64,000 nt of DNA, taken from positions 124,001 through 188,000 of the forward strand of contig NIVC01002101.1 in assembly GCA_002269645.1 (NCBI GenBank), given 5' to 3'. Origin of the DNA: Macrostomum lignano. Its lineage: Eukaryota. The position numbers were made by a program, and so were the translations under genes. A model generated the notes under the pieces. The model ran no database searches. It saw nothing but the letters and a program-made list of their open reading frames with translations, and was not told where the DNA came from. Below, piece by piece: positions 50,468 through 62,689 of the stretch (within the stretch, counting starts at the first letter, position 1; each line of letters opens with the position of its first letter).

Positions 50468-51198
50468 CGTTGGAAAAGTTATGCACCTGCAGAGGCACAA
50501 AAGGTGAGCGAGGTGCACAAAAGAGGCACTTTGGTGGCCTATTTCGTGTGTGTTTTCGTGTGTGTGCGAGAAGACCCTTGTGAAGAAGATCATGTGAAGT
50601 TAATTCAATCATGTGAAGTTAATTTCGTGGAAATGATCTAAACTATGGCGGCTGCTGCAGTAATCAGTTTTGATATGAGTCAGTTGGATTTTCTTACACT
50701 GTTAACTGAGTTATACATGTGTGTCTCATCGCTTTGTTCTTATATTAGCATATATGTGCAATAGCAGTCATTGCAGTATTTTATTGAATTATATGCTTGC
50801 TGAAACTACTGAATGGCAGGCATATAACCGTTCCTGCAGCAGCGAATGCAATGACACACGCGGTGGGCAGGCTCCAACTAAATGGGATCTAAACAGGTGT
50901 CGGGGACTCGAGAACTCGACGGAAGAAGTGCAGCGAACCCCCCCCCCCCAACATGCACAAAGAGGCACCCCGGCTGCACGTGGGAACCCCTGGCCTGGAC
51001 CGACACAGTCAAAATGGACTGTATTTATACAGTGGCAGATAAAACAGCGCACGAATGTGCTGGGGTACATGTACGTGACGTCACTGAGCTGCGTGTAATG
51101 TAGTGTTACACATGAATACTAGAACTTATTAATAAAAGGAATATTGTCTGGCCTTAAACTGCTTAATCCAAATGAAAAGAAATGCAGTCCAACTAAAC

Positions 51199-54100
51199 TG
51201 AGGATCTGGGAGGCTGACTATCCTACCAAGTGAGGATCTGGGAGGCTGACTATCCTACCAAGTGAGGATCTGGGAGGCTGACTGCCCTACCAACTAAGGA
51301 TCTGGGAGGCTGACTATCCTACCAACTGAGGATCTGGGAGGCTGACTATCCTACCAACTGAGGATCTGGGAGGCTGACTGCCCTACCAACTAAGGATCTG
51401 GGAGGCTGACTATCCTACCAACTGAGGATCTGGGAGGCTGACTATCCTACCAAGTGAGGATCTGGGAGGCTGACTGCCCTACCAACTAAGGATCTGGGAG
51501 GCTGACTGCCCTACCAACTGAGGATCTGGGAGGCTGACTATCCTACCAACTGAGGATCTGGGAGGCTGACTGCCCCACCAAGTGAGGATCTGGGAGGCTG
51601 ACTATCCTACCAAGTGAGGATCTGGGAGGCTGACTGCCCTACCAACTAAGGATCTGGGAGGCTGACTATCCTACCAAGTGAGGATCTGGGAGGCTGACTG
51701 CCCTACCAACTGAGGATCTGGGAGGCTGACTATCCTACCAAGTGAGGATCTGGGAGGCTGACTGCCCTACCAACTGAGGATCTGTGAGGATGACTACCCT
51801 ACCAAGTGAGGATCTGGGAGGCTGACTGCCCTACCAAGTGAGGATCTGGGAGGCTGACTGCCCTACCAAGTGAGGATCTGGGAGGCTGACTGCCCTACCA
51901 ACTGAGGATCTGGGAGGCTGACTATCCTACCAAGTGAGGATCTGGGAGGCTGACTGCCCTACCAACTAAGGATCTGGGAGGCTGACTATCCTACCAAGTG
52001 AGGATCTGGGAGGCTGACTGCCCTACCAACTAAGGATCTGGGAGGCTGACTATCCTACCAAGTGAGGATCTGGGAGGCTGACTGCCCTACCAACTGAGGA
52101 TCTGTGAGGATGACTACCCTACCAAGTGAGGATCTGGGAGGCTGACTGCCCTACCAAGTGAGGATCTGGGAGGCTGACTGCCCTACCAACTGAGGATCTG
52201 GGAGGCTGACTGCCCTACCAACTGAAGATCTGGGAGGCTGACTGCCCTACCAAGTGAGGATCTGGGAGGCTGACTGCCCTACCAACTGAGGATCTGGGAG
52301 GCTGACTATCCTAACAAGTGAGGATCTGGGAGGCTGACTGCCCTACCAACTAAGGATCTGAGAGGCTGACTGCCCTACCAACTGAGGATCTGGGAGGCTG
52401 ACTATCCTACCAAGTGAGGATCTGGGAGGCTGACTGCCCTACCAACTAAGGATCTGGGAGGCTGACTATCCTACCAAGTGAGGATCTGGGAGGCTGACTG
52501 CCCTACCAACTGAGGATCTGGGAGGCTGACTGCCCTACCAATTGAGGATCTGGGAGGCTGACTGCCCTACCAACTAAGGATCTGGGAGGCTGACTATCCT
52601 ACCAAGTGAGGATCTGGGAGGCTGACTGCCCTACCAACTGAGGATCTGTGAGGATGACTACCCTACCAAGTGAGGATCTGGGAGGCTGACTGCCCTACCA
52701 AGTGAGGATCTGGGAGGCTGACTGCCCTACCAACTGAGGATCTGGGAGGCTGACTGCCCTACCAACTGAAGATCTGGGAGGCTGACTGCCCTACCAAGTG
52801 AGGATCTGGGAGGCTGACTGCCCTACCAACTGAGGATCTGGGAGGCTGACTATCCTAACAAGTGAGGATCTGGGAGGCTGACTGCCCTACCAACTAAGGA
52901 TCTGAGAGGCTGACTGCCCTACCAACTGAGGATCTGGGAGGCTGACTATCCTACCAAGTGAGGATCTGGGAGGCTGACTGCCCTACCAACTAAGGATCTG
53001 GGAGGCTGACTATCCTACCAAGTGAGGATCTGGGAGGCTGACTGCCCTACCAACTGAGGATCTGGGAGGCTGACTGCCCTACCAACTGAGGATCTGGGAG
53101 GCTGACTGCCCTACCAACTAAGGATCTGGGAGGCTGACTATCCTACCAAGTGAGGATCTGGGAGGCTGACTGCCCTACCAATTGAGGATCTGGGAGGCTG
53201 ACTATCCTACCAACTGAGGATCTGGGAGGCTGACTGCCCTACCAACTGAGGATCTGGGAGGCTGACTGCCCTACCAACTAAGGATCTGGGAGGCTGACTA
53301 TCCTACCAAGTGAGGATCTGGGAGGCTGACTGCCCTACCAATTGAGGATCTGGGAGGCTGACTGCCCTACCAACTGAGGATCTGGGAGGCTGACTGCCCT
53401 ACCAACTGAGGATCTGGGAGGCTGACTGCCCTACCAACTGAGGATCTGGGAGGCTGACTGCCCTACCAACTGAGGATCTGGGAGGCCGTCACAGAAACTA
53501 AGGATCTGGGAGGCTGACTGCCCTACCAACTGAGGATCTGGGAGGCTGACTATCCTAACAAGTGAGGATCTGGGAGGCTGACTGCCCTACCAACTAAGGA
53601 TCTGAGAGGCTGACTGCCCTACCAACTGAGGATCTGGGAGGCTGACTATCCTACCAAGTGAGGATCTGGGAGGCTGACTGCCCTACCAACTAAGGATCTG
53701 GGAGGCTGACTATCCTACCAAGTGAGGATCTGGGAGGCTGACTGCCCTACCAACTGAGGATCTGGGAGGCTGACTGCCCTACCAATTGAGGATCTGGGAG
53801 GCTGACTGCCCTACCAACTAAGGATCTGGGAGGCTGACTATCCTACCAAGTGAGGATCTGGGAGGCTGACTGCCCTACCAACTGAGGATCTGTGAGGATG
53901 ACTACCCTACCAAGTGAGGATCTGGGAGGCTGACTGCCCTACCAACTGAGGATCTGGGAGGCTGACTGCCCTACCAACTGAGGATCTGGGAGGCTGACTG
54001 CCCTACAAACTGAGGATCTGGGAGGCTGACTGCCCTACCAAGTGAGGATCTGGGAGGCTGACTGCCCTACCAACTGAGGATCTGGGAGGCTGACTATCCT

Positions 54101-54885
54101 AACAAGTGAGGATCTGGGAGGCTGACTGCCCTACCAACTAAGGATCTGAGAGGCTGACTGCCCTACCAACTGAGGATCTGGGAGGCTGACTATCCTACCA
54201 AGTGAGGATCTGGGAGGCTGACTGCCCTACCAACTAAGGATCTGGGAGGCTGACTATCCTACCAAGTGAGGATCTGGGAGGCTGACTGCCCTACCAACTG
54301 AGGATCTGGGAGGCTGACTGCCCTACCAACTGAGGATCTGGGAGGCTGACTGCCCTACCAACTGAGGATCTGGGAGGCTGACTGCCCTACCAACTGAGGA
54401 TCTGGGAGGCTGACTGCCCTACCAACTAAGGATCTGGGAGGCTGACTATCCTACCAAGTGAGGATCTGGGAGGCTGACTGCCCTACCAATTGAGGATCTG
54501 GGAGGCTGACTATCCTACCAACTGAGGATCTGGGAGGCTGACTGCCCTACCAACTGAGGATCTGGGAGGCTGACTGCCCTACCAACTAAGGATCTGGGAG
54601 GCTGACTATCCTACCAAGTGAGGATCTGGGAGGCTGACTGCCCTACCAATTGAGGATCTGGGAGGCTGACTGCCCTACCAACTGAGGATCTGGGAGGCTG
54701 ACTGCCCTACCAACTGAGGATCTGGGAGGCTGACTGCCCTACCAACTGAGGATCTGGGAGGCTGACTGCCCTACCAACTGAGGATCTGGGAGGCCGTCAC
54801 AGAAACTAAGGATCTGGGAGGCTGACTGCCCTACCAAGTGAGGATCTGGGAGGCCGTCACAGAAACTAAGGATCTGGGAGGCTGG
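51199..54885. repeat. 32-bp satellite, ~115 copies (TGAGGATCTGGGAGGCTGACT(GC/AT)CCTACCAA(C/G))
   Basis: Period of 32 checked at 51199/51231; recurring variant units indicate higher-order structure. Confidence 0.98.
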
Positions 54886-56019
54886 CCCAGCAAACTGGGA
54901 GGCTGGTAAATGAAAAGCCAGTAAGGCGCTAACACAGTTAGGTTTGTAGTAAAAAAAGCGACAAGCCGAACGTCCGTTCAGAGCCGATGCGAGTTTATTT
55001 GTGCATAAACATGCACAATGTATTTTGAATGCATATATATATATATTATCATTTAAAAATGAGCGACAGGAAATGATGGCTAAGACTATTGTTGCTTTGC
55101 AATTTTTTACTTTACCTGCAGTTAACTATAAAACTGAATGGACAAAACTACGCTCGTGTATTGATGGGGAAGCGCACAGCCTCACCCTACTCACATAGCT
55201 TATGAGTATCAAGATCATAGACCTAATTGTACTTTTCTGTTTATAAAGTACAGGCCGAACCTAAGCTAATTGCATATGAAATTCAAACAGCGCAACAGAG
55301 ACAGTTTTGACAAACAAAAAGTAAACAAACAAACAAATCAACAAAAACAAAGAAACAGACAAAATCGAAAACGAATGAAAATAAAAAAATAGGTTAATTC
55401 GCGACAGTTGACGGCATAGCTAATAAGAGTTGGGGATTTGACGCAATTATTGGATAAGACAAGCTGCAGCAGAGAGACTTAATCAGTTTTTTTACGATGA
55501 ACAAGACCGATAGAAATGAAACATGGGTTCGGTAGCAACAGAAACTGACGCATAAACACACAAATTTTATAAATGCCAAATCGCGTAAACACAAACGGCA
55601 GGTTAATATATGAAAATACCAATAGTAGTATAGTAGAGAAAATGTCGACAATCGCAAAATAGTTCAGCATGTACTTTTGTTGCGTACATTAAAAGTTAAA
55701 AAGTCAATTATTACATAACTATAACTTTAAATGTTATCTGGGTGCGCCCAGCTGGATGGCCCAGTAATTTTACAATGGTCTTCCTCCGTACAGGAAAAAT
55801 GGATTAACGCGTGAATTTGGGAGTTAAAAAAATTGTGCTTTTTCTAAACAAGAGAAGTGGGCTTTTTTGGGTGTTGCAAAAACGACAATGTGATGAGCGG
55901 GAGACATGAGAGAGAGAGAGACGAGACGGGTTGAAATCAGGAAAATGCGACAAATTTTCTTTAATCCTCTTCTCTAATCCCCTGATGACACATTTTAGAT
56001 ATTTTAGAGGATTCTAGGG

Positions 56020-56875
56020 CTGTGTGTTGGTGTGGGATCTCAAAATCGAGTATGGGATTCTGGGGCTATGTTTGGGTCTTAAGAGTATGGGGTCTAGGGC
56101 TGTGTGTGTAGGATCTCAAGAGCATGGGATTCTAGGGTTGAGTGTGTGTGTGGGATCTCAAGAGTATGGGATTCTAGGGTTGAGTGTGTGTGTGGGATCT
56201 CAAGAGTATGGGATTCTAGGGTTGAGTGTGTGTGTGGGATCTCAAGAGTATGGGATTCTAGGGTTGAGTGTGTGTGTGGGATCTCAAGAGTATGGGATTC
56301 TAGGGTTGAGTGTGTGTGTGGGATCTCAAGAGTATGGGATTCTAGGGTTGAGTGTGTGTGTGGGATCTCAAGAGTATGGGATTCTAGGGTTGAGTGTGTG
56401 TGTGGGATCTCAAGAGTATGGGATTCTAGGGTTGAGTGTGTGTGTGGGATCTTAAGAGTATGGGATTCTGGGGCTGTGTGTGTGGGATCTCAAGAGTATG
56501 GGATTCTAGGGCTGTGTGTGTGGGATCTCAAGAGTAAGGGATTCTAGGGCTGTGTGTGGGATCTCAAGAGTATGGGATTCTAGGGTTGAGTGTGTGTGTG
56601 GGATCTCAAGAGTATGGGATTCTAGGGTTGAGTGTGTGTGTGGGATCTCAAGAGTATGGGATTCTGGGGCTGTGTGTGTGGAATCTCAAGAGTATGGGAT
56701 TCTGGGGCTGTGTGTGTGGGATCTCAAGAGTATGGGATTCTAGGGCTGTGTGTGTGGGATCTCAAGAGTATGGGATTCTAGGGCTGTGTGTGGGATCTCA
56801 AGAGTATGGGATTCTAGGGCTGTGTGTGTGGGATCTCAAGAGCATGGGATTCTAGGGTTGAGTGTGTGTGTGGGA
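56020..56875. repeat. 42-bp minisatellite (GTGTGTGTGGGATCTCAAGAGTATGGGATTCTAGGGTTGAGT-type)
   Basis: Direct units that degenerate at both edges. Confidence 0.95.
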
Positions 56876-57134
56876 TACATCTGTGCCTCAGAGAGGTTCG
56901 TGTTGAGACTCGTGTCCCAATTCTTGCAGACGCGACCTGCTCTTCAAAGCGTGCCGAATTCTCTCCCTGTCCTAATTCTCAGGGAGTAATGTACTTAAAA
57001 TTGTCGCTTGTTTTATGTTGAAGTGCTAGTTTAATTAGCTAAGCTTTACCTCCTTCGCTTGTTTCAATAAAGAGGCTCTAGATACTGAAGCGAGTCCTGC
57101 ATCACCTGAGACCAGTCTATCTACGCATACCTAC

Positions 57135-58406
57135 CCGAACTAGGCAGAACGTATTCGTCTGCGATGACAGCGGGGAGGCCGACTGCTGCTGCTGCTGCAC
57201 TGTGACGGCCTGACGGAGTTGCTGAACTGCCGGCTGATGTGGCAGATGTAGAAGCACGTCTGCTGCCTGCGAAAATTTTTGAGTCATTTTTGAGACCGTT
57301 TTAAGCGCTGGAATGACACTGCCATTTAGTCTCTACAATACTCTTTACACACTACTGAACCTCTCTGAGGCACAGATGTTGCAACAGTCTACAGAATCAA
57401 TGTTTACAGGTTACTCAAAATGTGACAATGACAGCACGTCTTTAAAAAATCCTTAAAGCATAGTGAGGGGTTTACAGCCTAGTGGTCAGAGCGTCGGATT
57501 TACGACTTGAACGTCGGGGGTTCAATTCCCGATCCCAATGGAACAATTTGTGTCCTTGTAGCATTAGCTGGGGTAATTGAGGGTGTGTGGCGACCCCCTC
57601 CCCCATTTTCTGGAGAGAACAGCCGTAAGCAGCCTTTAGCTGTCAGTTGCACATCTGGCCCGATTGGGGCAGGTGTAATCAATTATTATTATCATTATTA
57701 GTTTAACAGGCAAACAATAACAGATAAAAAACTAACCAGGCATCATCAGTAAATAGCCGTCCAAATCCTCTGCAGTCTCATCATTGCCATTTTGTCTGTT
57801 GCTGCTGCGTCGGCTAGTCTGGCCGATGTCAGTTATTCGACAACGCGTCGACGGCTGAGTTGTCGTCAGAGTCTCAAAACTCGAAGCGGAGATGCTGGTC
57901 AGTCGATCTTGCGCAACCGACGATGTCGGAGCCAGCATTGGCGAGGCCTGCTGTTGTTGTGTCATAATCGGCGCCGATAGTCTCTGCCGTCGATAAGACG
58001 ATGACGACGAATTTGAAGACGACAGAAAGGACACCTCGGTGGACAGTCGTTGAGCTCTACCTTTGAAGCTGGACGAGATGAGGCTGCTGTATAGAGTTTT
58101 ACTGCAGCGTAAAGTCATTTTACCTTCACCAAAGCAGCTGGACCGGCCCAGACTAATAATAATAACTCTACCCAGCTGGTTGAGTGCTCGAATATGAAAG
58201 TAACTGATCTCGCAGACTTGAATGCCATCGTGACGGCCAACTAAGTCCATTTTCTCTGGATGTAAGCGCAATAAGTATTTGTTAGTTTGGCGTAGTATGG
58301 CAGTAGTTAGCTGACTGGGCGGCAGTTCTAACACTTTCACTTTGTAACCCCGCAGGTCCATTAGGGACACGTGCAGCATACTCAGGTGAGAGCTTTTCTG
58401 GCCCAT
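57135..58406 (-). CDS. FRS2/DOK/IRS-type PTB-domain adaptor; exons 58406-57737 and 57266-57135, 3' exons unresolved
   Basis: MGQKSS start fits the MGxxxS myristoylation consensus. KYLLRLHPEKMDLV...VCEISYFHIRALNQLGRVIIISLGRSSCFGEGKMTL fits an IRS-type PTB domain. Tyr motifs YLLM and YVLP are present. Phase-1 junctions G|GTTAGT, CAG|GC and G|GTAGGT. Confidence 0.75.
57467..57700 (+). mobile_element. tRNA-derived SINE family B with (ATT)n tail
   Basis: A/B-box head (TAGTGGTCAGAGCG...GGTTCAATTCC), TGTGTCCTT central motif and TATTATTATCATTATT tail; lies in an intron of the PTB gene. Confidence 0.8.
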
Positions 58407-59086
58407 GCTAAGTTCTTTAGCTCGGGGCTGCAGGCGTCATGAAAAGCAATTAGCAAAGCTGATTTCTTTAAAAATCCTACTGATGCATATTAGCTTTCCC
58501 TTTTACCTGAGTTTGTTTTATCCATCATTTATTCTTTGTGCATTTTCAAAGTCCTTTCCTAGAACTGTTCGTTAATTTTAGGGGGTGGCCTCAAAAGCAA
58601 TGGGACTTAGGGAAAACAAGAAAAGGGATTTTCTCGTTGCCCACTTACAGGTCCTTCCCAATGTCCGAGAAAGGTATTCACCAAAATATGCCCATGCAAA
58701 TAACAAAGAAAAAACAGATTTTTTAACGTCATTTTAAAACAAAAAAATGCAATTATCGGATGATAAAGACTGTTTTAATTAGTTTTGATTGACTTCATAT
58801 TTTAGGAATTTCAGTTTTCTGCTGTTGGGAATAGAAATAAGGGCCATCCAATTTGAAATTCAAACCTTTGCTAAATAAGAACCACTCTAGTACATTTAAA
58901 TATATAGATAAATATAAATAAATCTACCAATGATAAACATTGCAAAGCAAATACTTTGCTAACTATTCAAAAACTCAATCAATCAATTCATGTGCCTATT
59001 GATAAAAAATTTTCCCAATTGGTCACATTTCTATTTATCTCATTAATTCCCTACTAAAAGTAAAAATTGGTACTGAATGAGCAAAA

Positions 59087-59458
59087 GTGCTCAACAATTT
59101 GTCGCCTCAGCAGCCTCAGCAGCCCCAGCTGCCACCCCAGCAGCCCCAGCCGCCACCTCAGCAGCCGCCCCAGCCTCCATTCCCTGTTAGGTTCGCTGCA
59201 TTCCCAGCCACCAACGAACCTATAAGTGTCTGCGTGTCGGTTGTAGGCGACGATCCCTTGGTTTTCTACTTGCTGTGCAACAACGAACAGAGCAGAAGTC
59301 TGAGCAACCTGGTCTGCTCGATGGTTGAATACTACAACGGTTTGAAGCCTGACCATCCGCTAGGCTGCAACCTTTGCCCAGGCAAATTGGTGGCCACTTA
59401 CTATGAGCCAGATCAAACCTGGCAACAGGCCAGAGTTGTCAGTGTTGACCTTTTTTAA
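59087..59458 (+). pseudogene. Truncated extended-Tudor domain segment
   Basis: ISVCVSVVGDDPLVFYLL...SLSNLVCSMVEYY...PGKLVATYYEPDQTWQQARVVSV, then a stop. The expected V.(F/Y)VDYG strand was not found. Confidence 0.6.
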
Positions 59459-59734
59459 AACTACTTTTAAGAAGTTCATAACTAAACATGACTATTTGAC
59501 ATAATTTTTTATGTAATGTCCCATTCCCTAGAAAATGAGTTAACACAGTGATTTTTTGTGCTTTTTAATTTTAGGCCTCAAATTGCAGCTTATGAAGGTA
59601 CATGTCCCTATTGCAGCCAAGGTCTGAACCGCGCCGGACGCCCCCCTTTCCCGCGCCAGACATCTACCTGTACCGCGCCAGGGCCAGTCCCCAGGATCAG
59701 TGATTTGGTTCAATTAGTCAGTCAATGGCTCGCA

Positions 59735-62289
59735 TCAATCGACGTTGACCCGGCCCTTTGTTGCCGCCAGTCGCCGAAGCACCTGCTGCTTCCGGGTCGT
59801 GCTGCGACTGCTTTTTCGAAGCACCTGATGAGTCTTCAGCCACTTGCTGGCAATCGCCGTGATGGTCCGCGGCATCGATGCCCCTGATGGAGGGAGGTGC
59901 CATGCCAGCCGAGTCCGTAGCTCCAGGGTTTCGTCCAGCTGGAGTGCCCCTTGCTGACACTGGCGACCCATAGCCGAGTAAACACTCTCGACCTCCGCTT
60001 CTGGCCCGCGCTTTGCCAGTGCCCAGTCGTACAGCGCACACACGGAGGTGCCGAAAAGCTGATAAACAGCTGGGTCGCTAAACATGGCAGCGCAGAAAGC
60101 CTCCTCCCGCACCTTACTAACTACGGGCCCGCTAGGTAGCCCGAAGTCGAGGCTAAACTGATCGTCAGTCGTGGTGGAAAGGGCACGTAGTGGCGAATCC
60201 GGGCAGTCGCTGCCAAAGATGACCTTTCGGCAGTGGCTGTCCTCGGCTCACACCATGGCATAAAGCCCTTCACGCCAGGCTGCATGCAGACGTGAGCCAG
60301 CATTGGCGCCGAACATTCGTCGAAGCTGCTGTCGAGTCATAGCAGATTCGACTGCCCCACAGAAAGCAGCTTTTCCGTGCACTTGGAAGGCAGCCTCGAA
60401 ACGCAGCTGCACTGTCTGTTGGCGACGACGGCCACAGAGGGCTCGAAGATAGCCAACCAAGCCGAAGGCCGCCTCCAACCTGTAAACGAACGTTGGCACG
60501 GCCATTGCACTGCGGCGACTGAGGGCATTGGCCACATCACTAACCACCTGCAGCGATGCCTTCAGGGCTACCTCGACGGTATGCTGGCACTGGCCGGACT
60601 CAGGCCGTACGACCTGATTTAGGGGAATTTTAGGGAGGGTTCGGAAATTGATTTCGAATTTTATTTTTTTCCAATTTCCAAAAGGTTTCCGTGTCTCTCC
60701 TCTTCCTCCCTGAATCCCTCTACATCTCTCTTCAGCCTCCGTCATGAAGTCTAATAGTCTATTGAGTGTCTACTGTCTATCAGTTTAATAGTCTGTTGAC
60801 AGTTTTAACATATCCAAAAAAGCTATTGTGGCTTGGCTTCGATTCATGATTCTAATTGTAAAAAAATGCGGGGAACAATCTCCATATCTCTAACCTGGAT
60901 GTCATCATCGTCATCGTCGGACTGGTCCGAGTCGTCAGGCTCCAATGATTGGACCCGAAAGGGGCTGGCTGCTGATGCCGCGACCTCCATCCCATCGTAC
61001 ATGCCGTTGCGCAGACTCGGCAGCTTATCCCGAAGCTGTGACTCCACCGGCAGCAGTGGCTGTGGCTCGCGCTCGACCCGCACCTGGCTTCGACTACAGT
61101 CGCCCTGCCCGCTGCCGCTAGCGCTAGGGACTCCACCAGGGGCCAGGCCATCGGAAAGCGCACCCAGTGCCTGCTTTAGCCTGGTAAAGTGATGCGACAT
61201 TATTAAAAAACATAATAAGTACATTTGAAACAATTGGACCGGAATTTTCTTAGAATTTAAATATAGCTTGTTATAAGTTCATGCTTGCTCACTTTATCGA
61301 CATTTGATGTTTGTTTTACCTATATCATATTTTGTAGTTCGTAGGCTCTCCCATAGTCCAATTCTGCTTTAAATCGTACTTACTAAATTACTAGATGCTT
61401 TTCTGTTCAATATAAAAGTATACCGCTCTGTCCACTCAGGAGTTGTTTTTTTAAAGTGGTCATAATGGAAGTTTCGTTTTCTTTCCGAGAAGAGAGAAGG
61501 GAGGGGACTTGAATAACACTGACTTTTTCTCACCTTTCAAGCTGCACTGCCAGATACGAAAGATCGCCCACAATGTGCCAGGCAGGAAGCTGCAAGTTCT
61601 GCGCCCTCAGCATAACTGAGCTGAAGGGCTTCAGCACGTCGCGGACGACCAGCAGCTCGACGATGAACGGCGCTGACTTCAAATACGCCAGAACATGCTG
61701 ATCCTTTCGTGGCAGCTTGGATGCAGCCAGCGTGGCAAGCCATATCTTCAGCTCAGTGAGCGTCTTTGTGACCATCGAAAAATTCGACGATGCAAAACGC
61801 GTTGTGCTGAAGGACTGGCTCTTTCGAGCAGGCCGGTCCTCCAGCATAGCTGCAAATTGGTCGGCGGCCACGGCAATTTTGCCGCGCTGGACTTTGCGGT
61901 GAAGCCAACGAAATGCCTGGACGACTCGTTGAAACGCTGCACTAGACTTCAAGGCGTCGCGAACAGCGAGGTCCATCCAGTGGGCCGGGTCCCAGACTAC
62001 GCCAAAAAAGCCCTGGTCGATCTGTATCTGGCCGTCCAGATTGTGGTCGCCCGCGTCAAGCCAGTCAGCGCCGTCACGAATCTCGCGATCGCGGCCTTCA
62101 CAGTCACCGTCACCGAAATTGGCGGCGTCCACTGCCGCTGCCTCAGTCTGCTCTGGCTCTGCGTCTGCGGCACTAATCCTGGCATTGAAGACAGCATTAA
62201 ACGATTGCTGCACATACTGGCCATCGGCGGACAGCCCGGCACACTGGCGCAGGTGCAGCCCAGCGTCCTGAACGGCTCGTATGGCGGAC
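59735..62289 (-). pseudogene. Intron-containing hAT-like transposase with one premature TGA; exons 62289-61534, 61180-60895, 60613-59735; 5' exons not found
   Basis: Motifs GLSADGQY, WDPAHWMDL (CxxH-equivalent), STTRF, D.LKPFS...Q and PEAEVESVYS. Splice phases 2/2/0 are compatible. The last exon reads in frame through a single TGA at 60250-60248. Confidence 0.75.
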
Positions 62290-62689
62290 CTGATATTTGA
62301 CAAGGAGCGGGGAAAGCCTAACAATGGAGCCTAGACAATGGAGAGACTTAATTACTCATATATAAATTTATGAGACTCTATTCTAATTAGATCTATATTT
62401 GATTCAAAATAGCTAAGCCTACCTAAGCTTTAGCCTAGGCTAAAGATAAAAGCATTAATTTAGCCTTTTTATTGGATTAAAATATGTTTAGTTAGCATGC
62501 TTTGGTGTAACCCTTTTTTCATCTTTCTATATCCTCTTTTCTTATTCTCTATCTTCTATCCTTATACTCTTTTCTACCCTTTTTACCCTCCCCTCACCTT
62601 TTGATCCTATCCTCTTCAACCTATCTCTACCCTCTTCTACTAGGTTCTACCCTTGTTTATAGCTTTACATTTATTTGTGGCTTCATTCT

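Noticed and set aside
51199-54885. CRISPR array
   Set aside because: Units are contiguous with no unique spacers, there are no cas genes, and the context is eukaryotic. The same holds for all other arrays.
56877-57379. MITE
   Set aside because: No convincing TSD, and the interior contains a phase-compatible host exon.
60120-60253. Intron in the last hAT exon
   Set aside because: The sequence reads in frame through one TGA with no indel, so a point nonsense change is more parsimonious.
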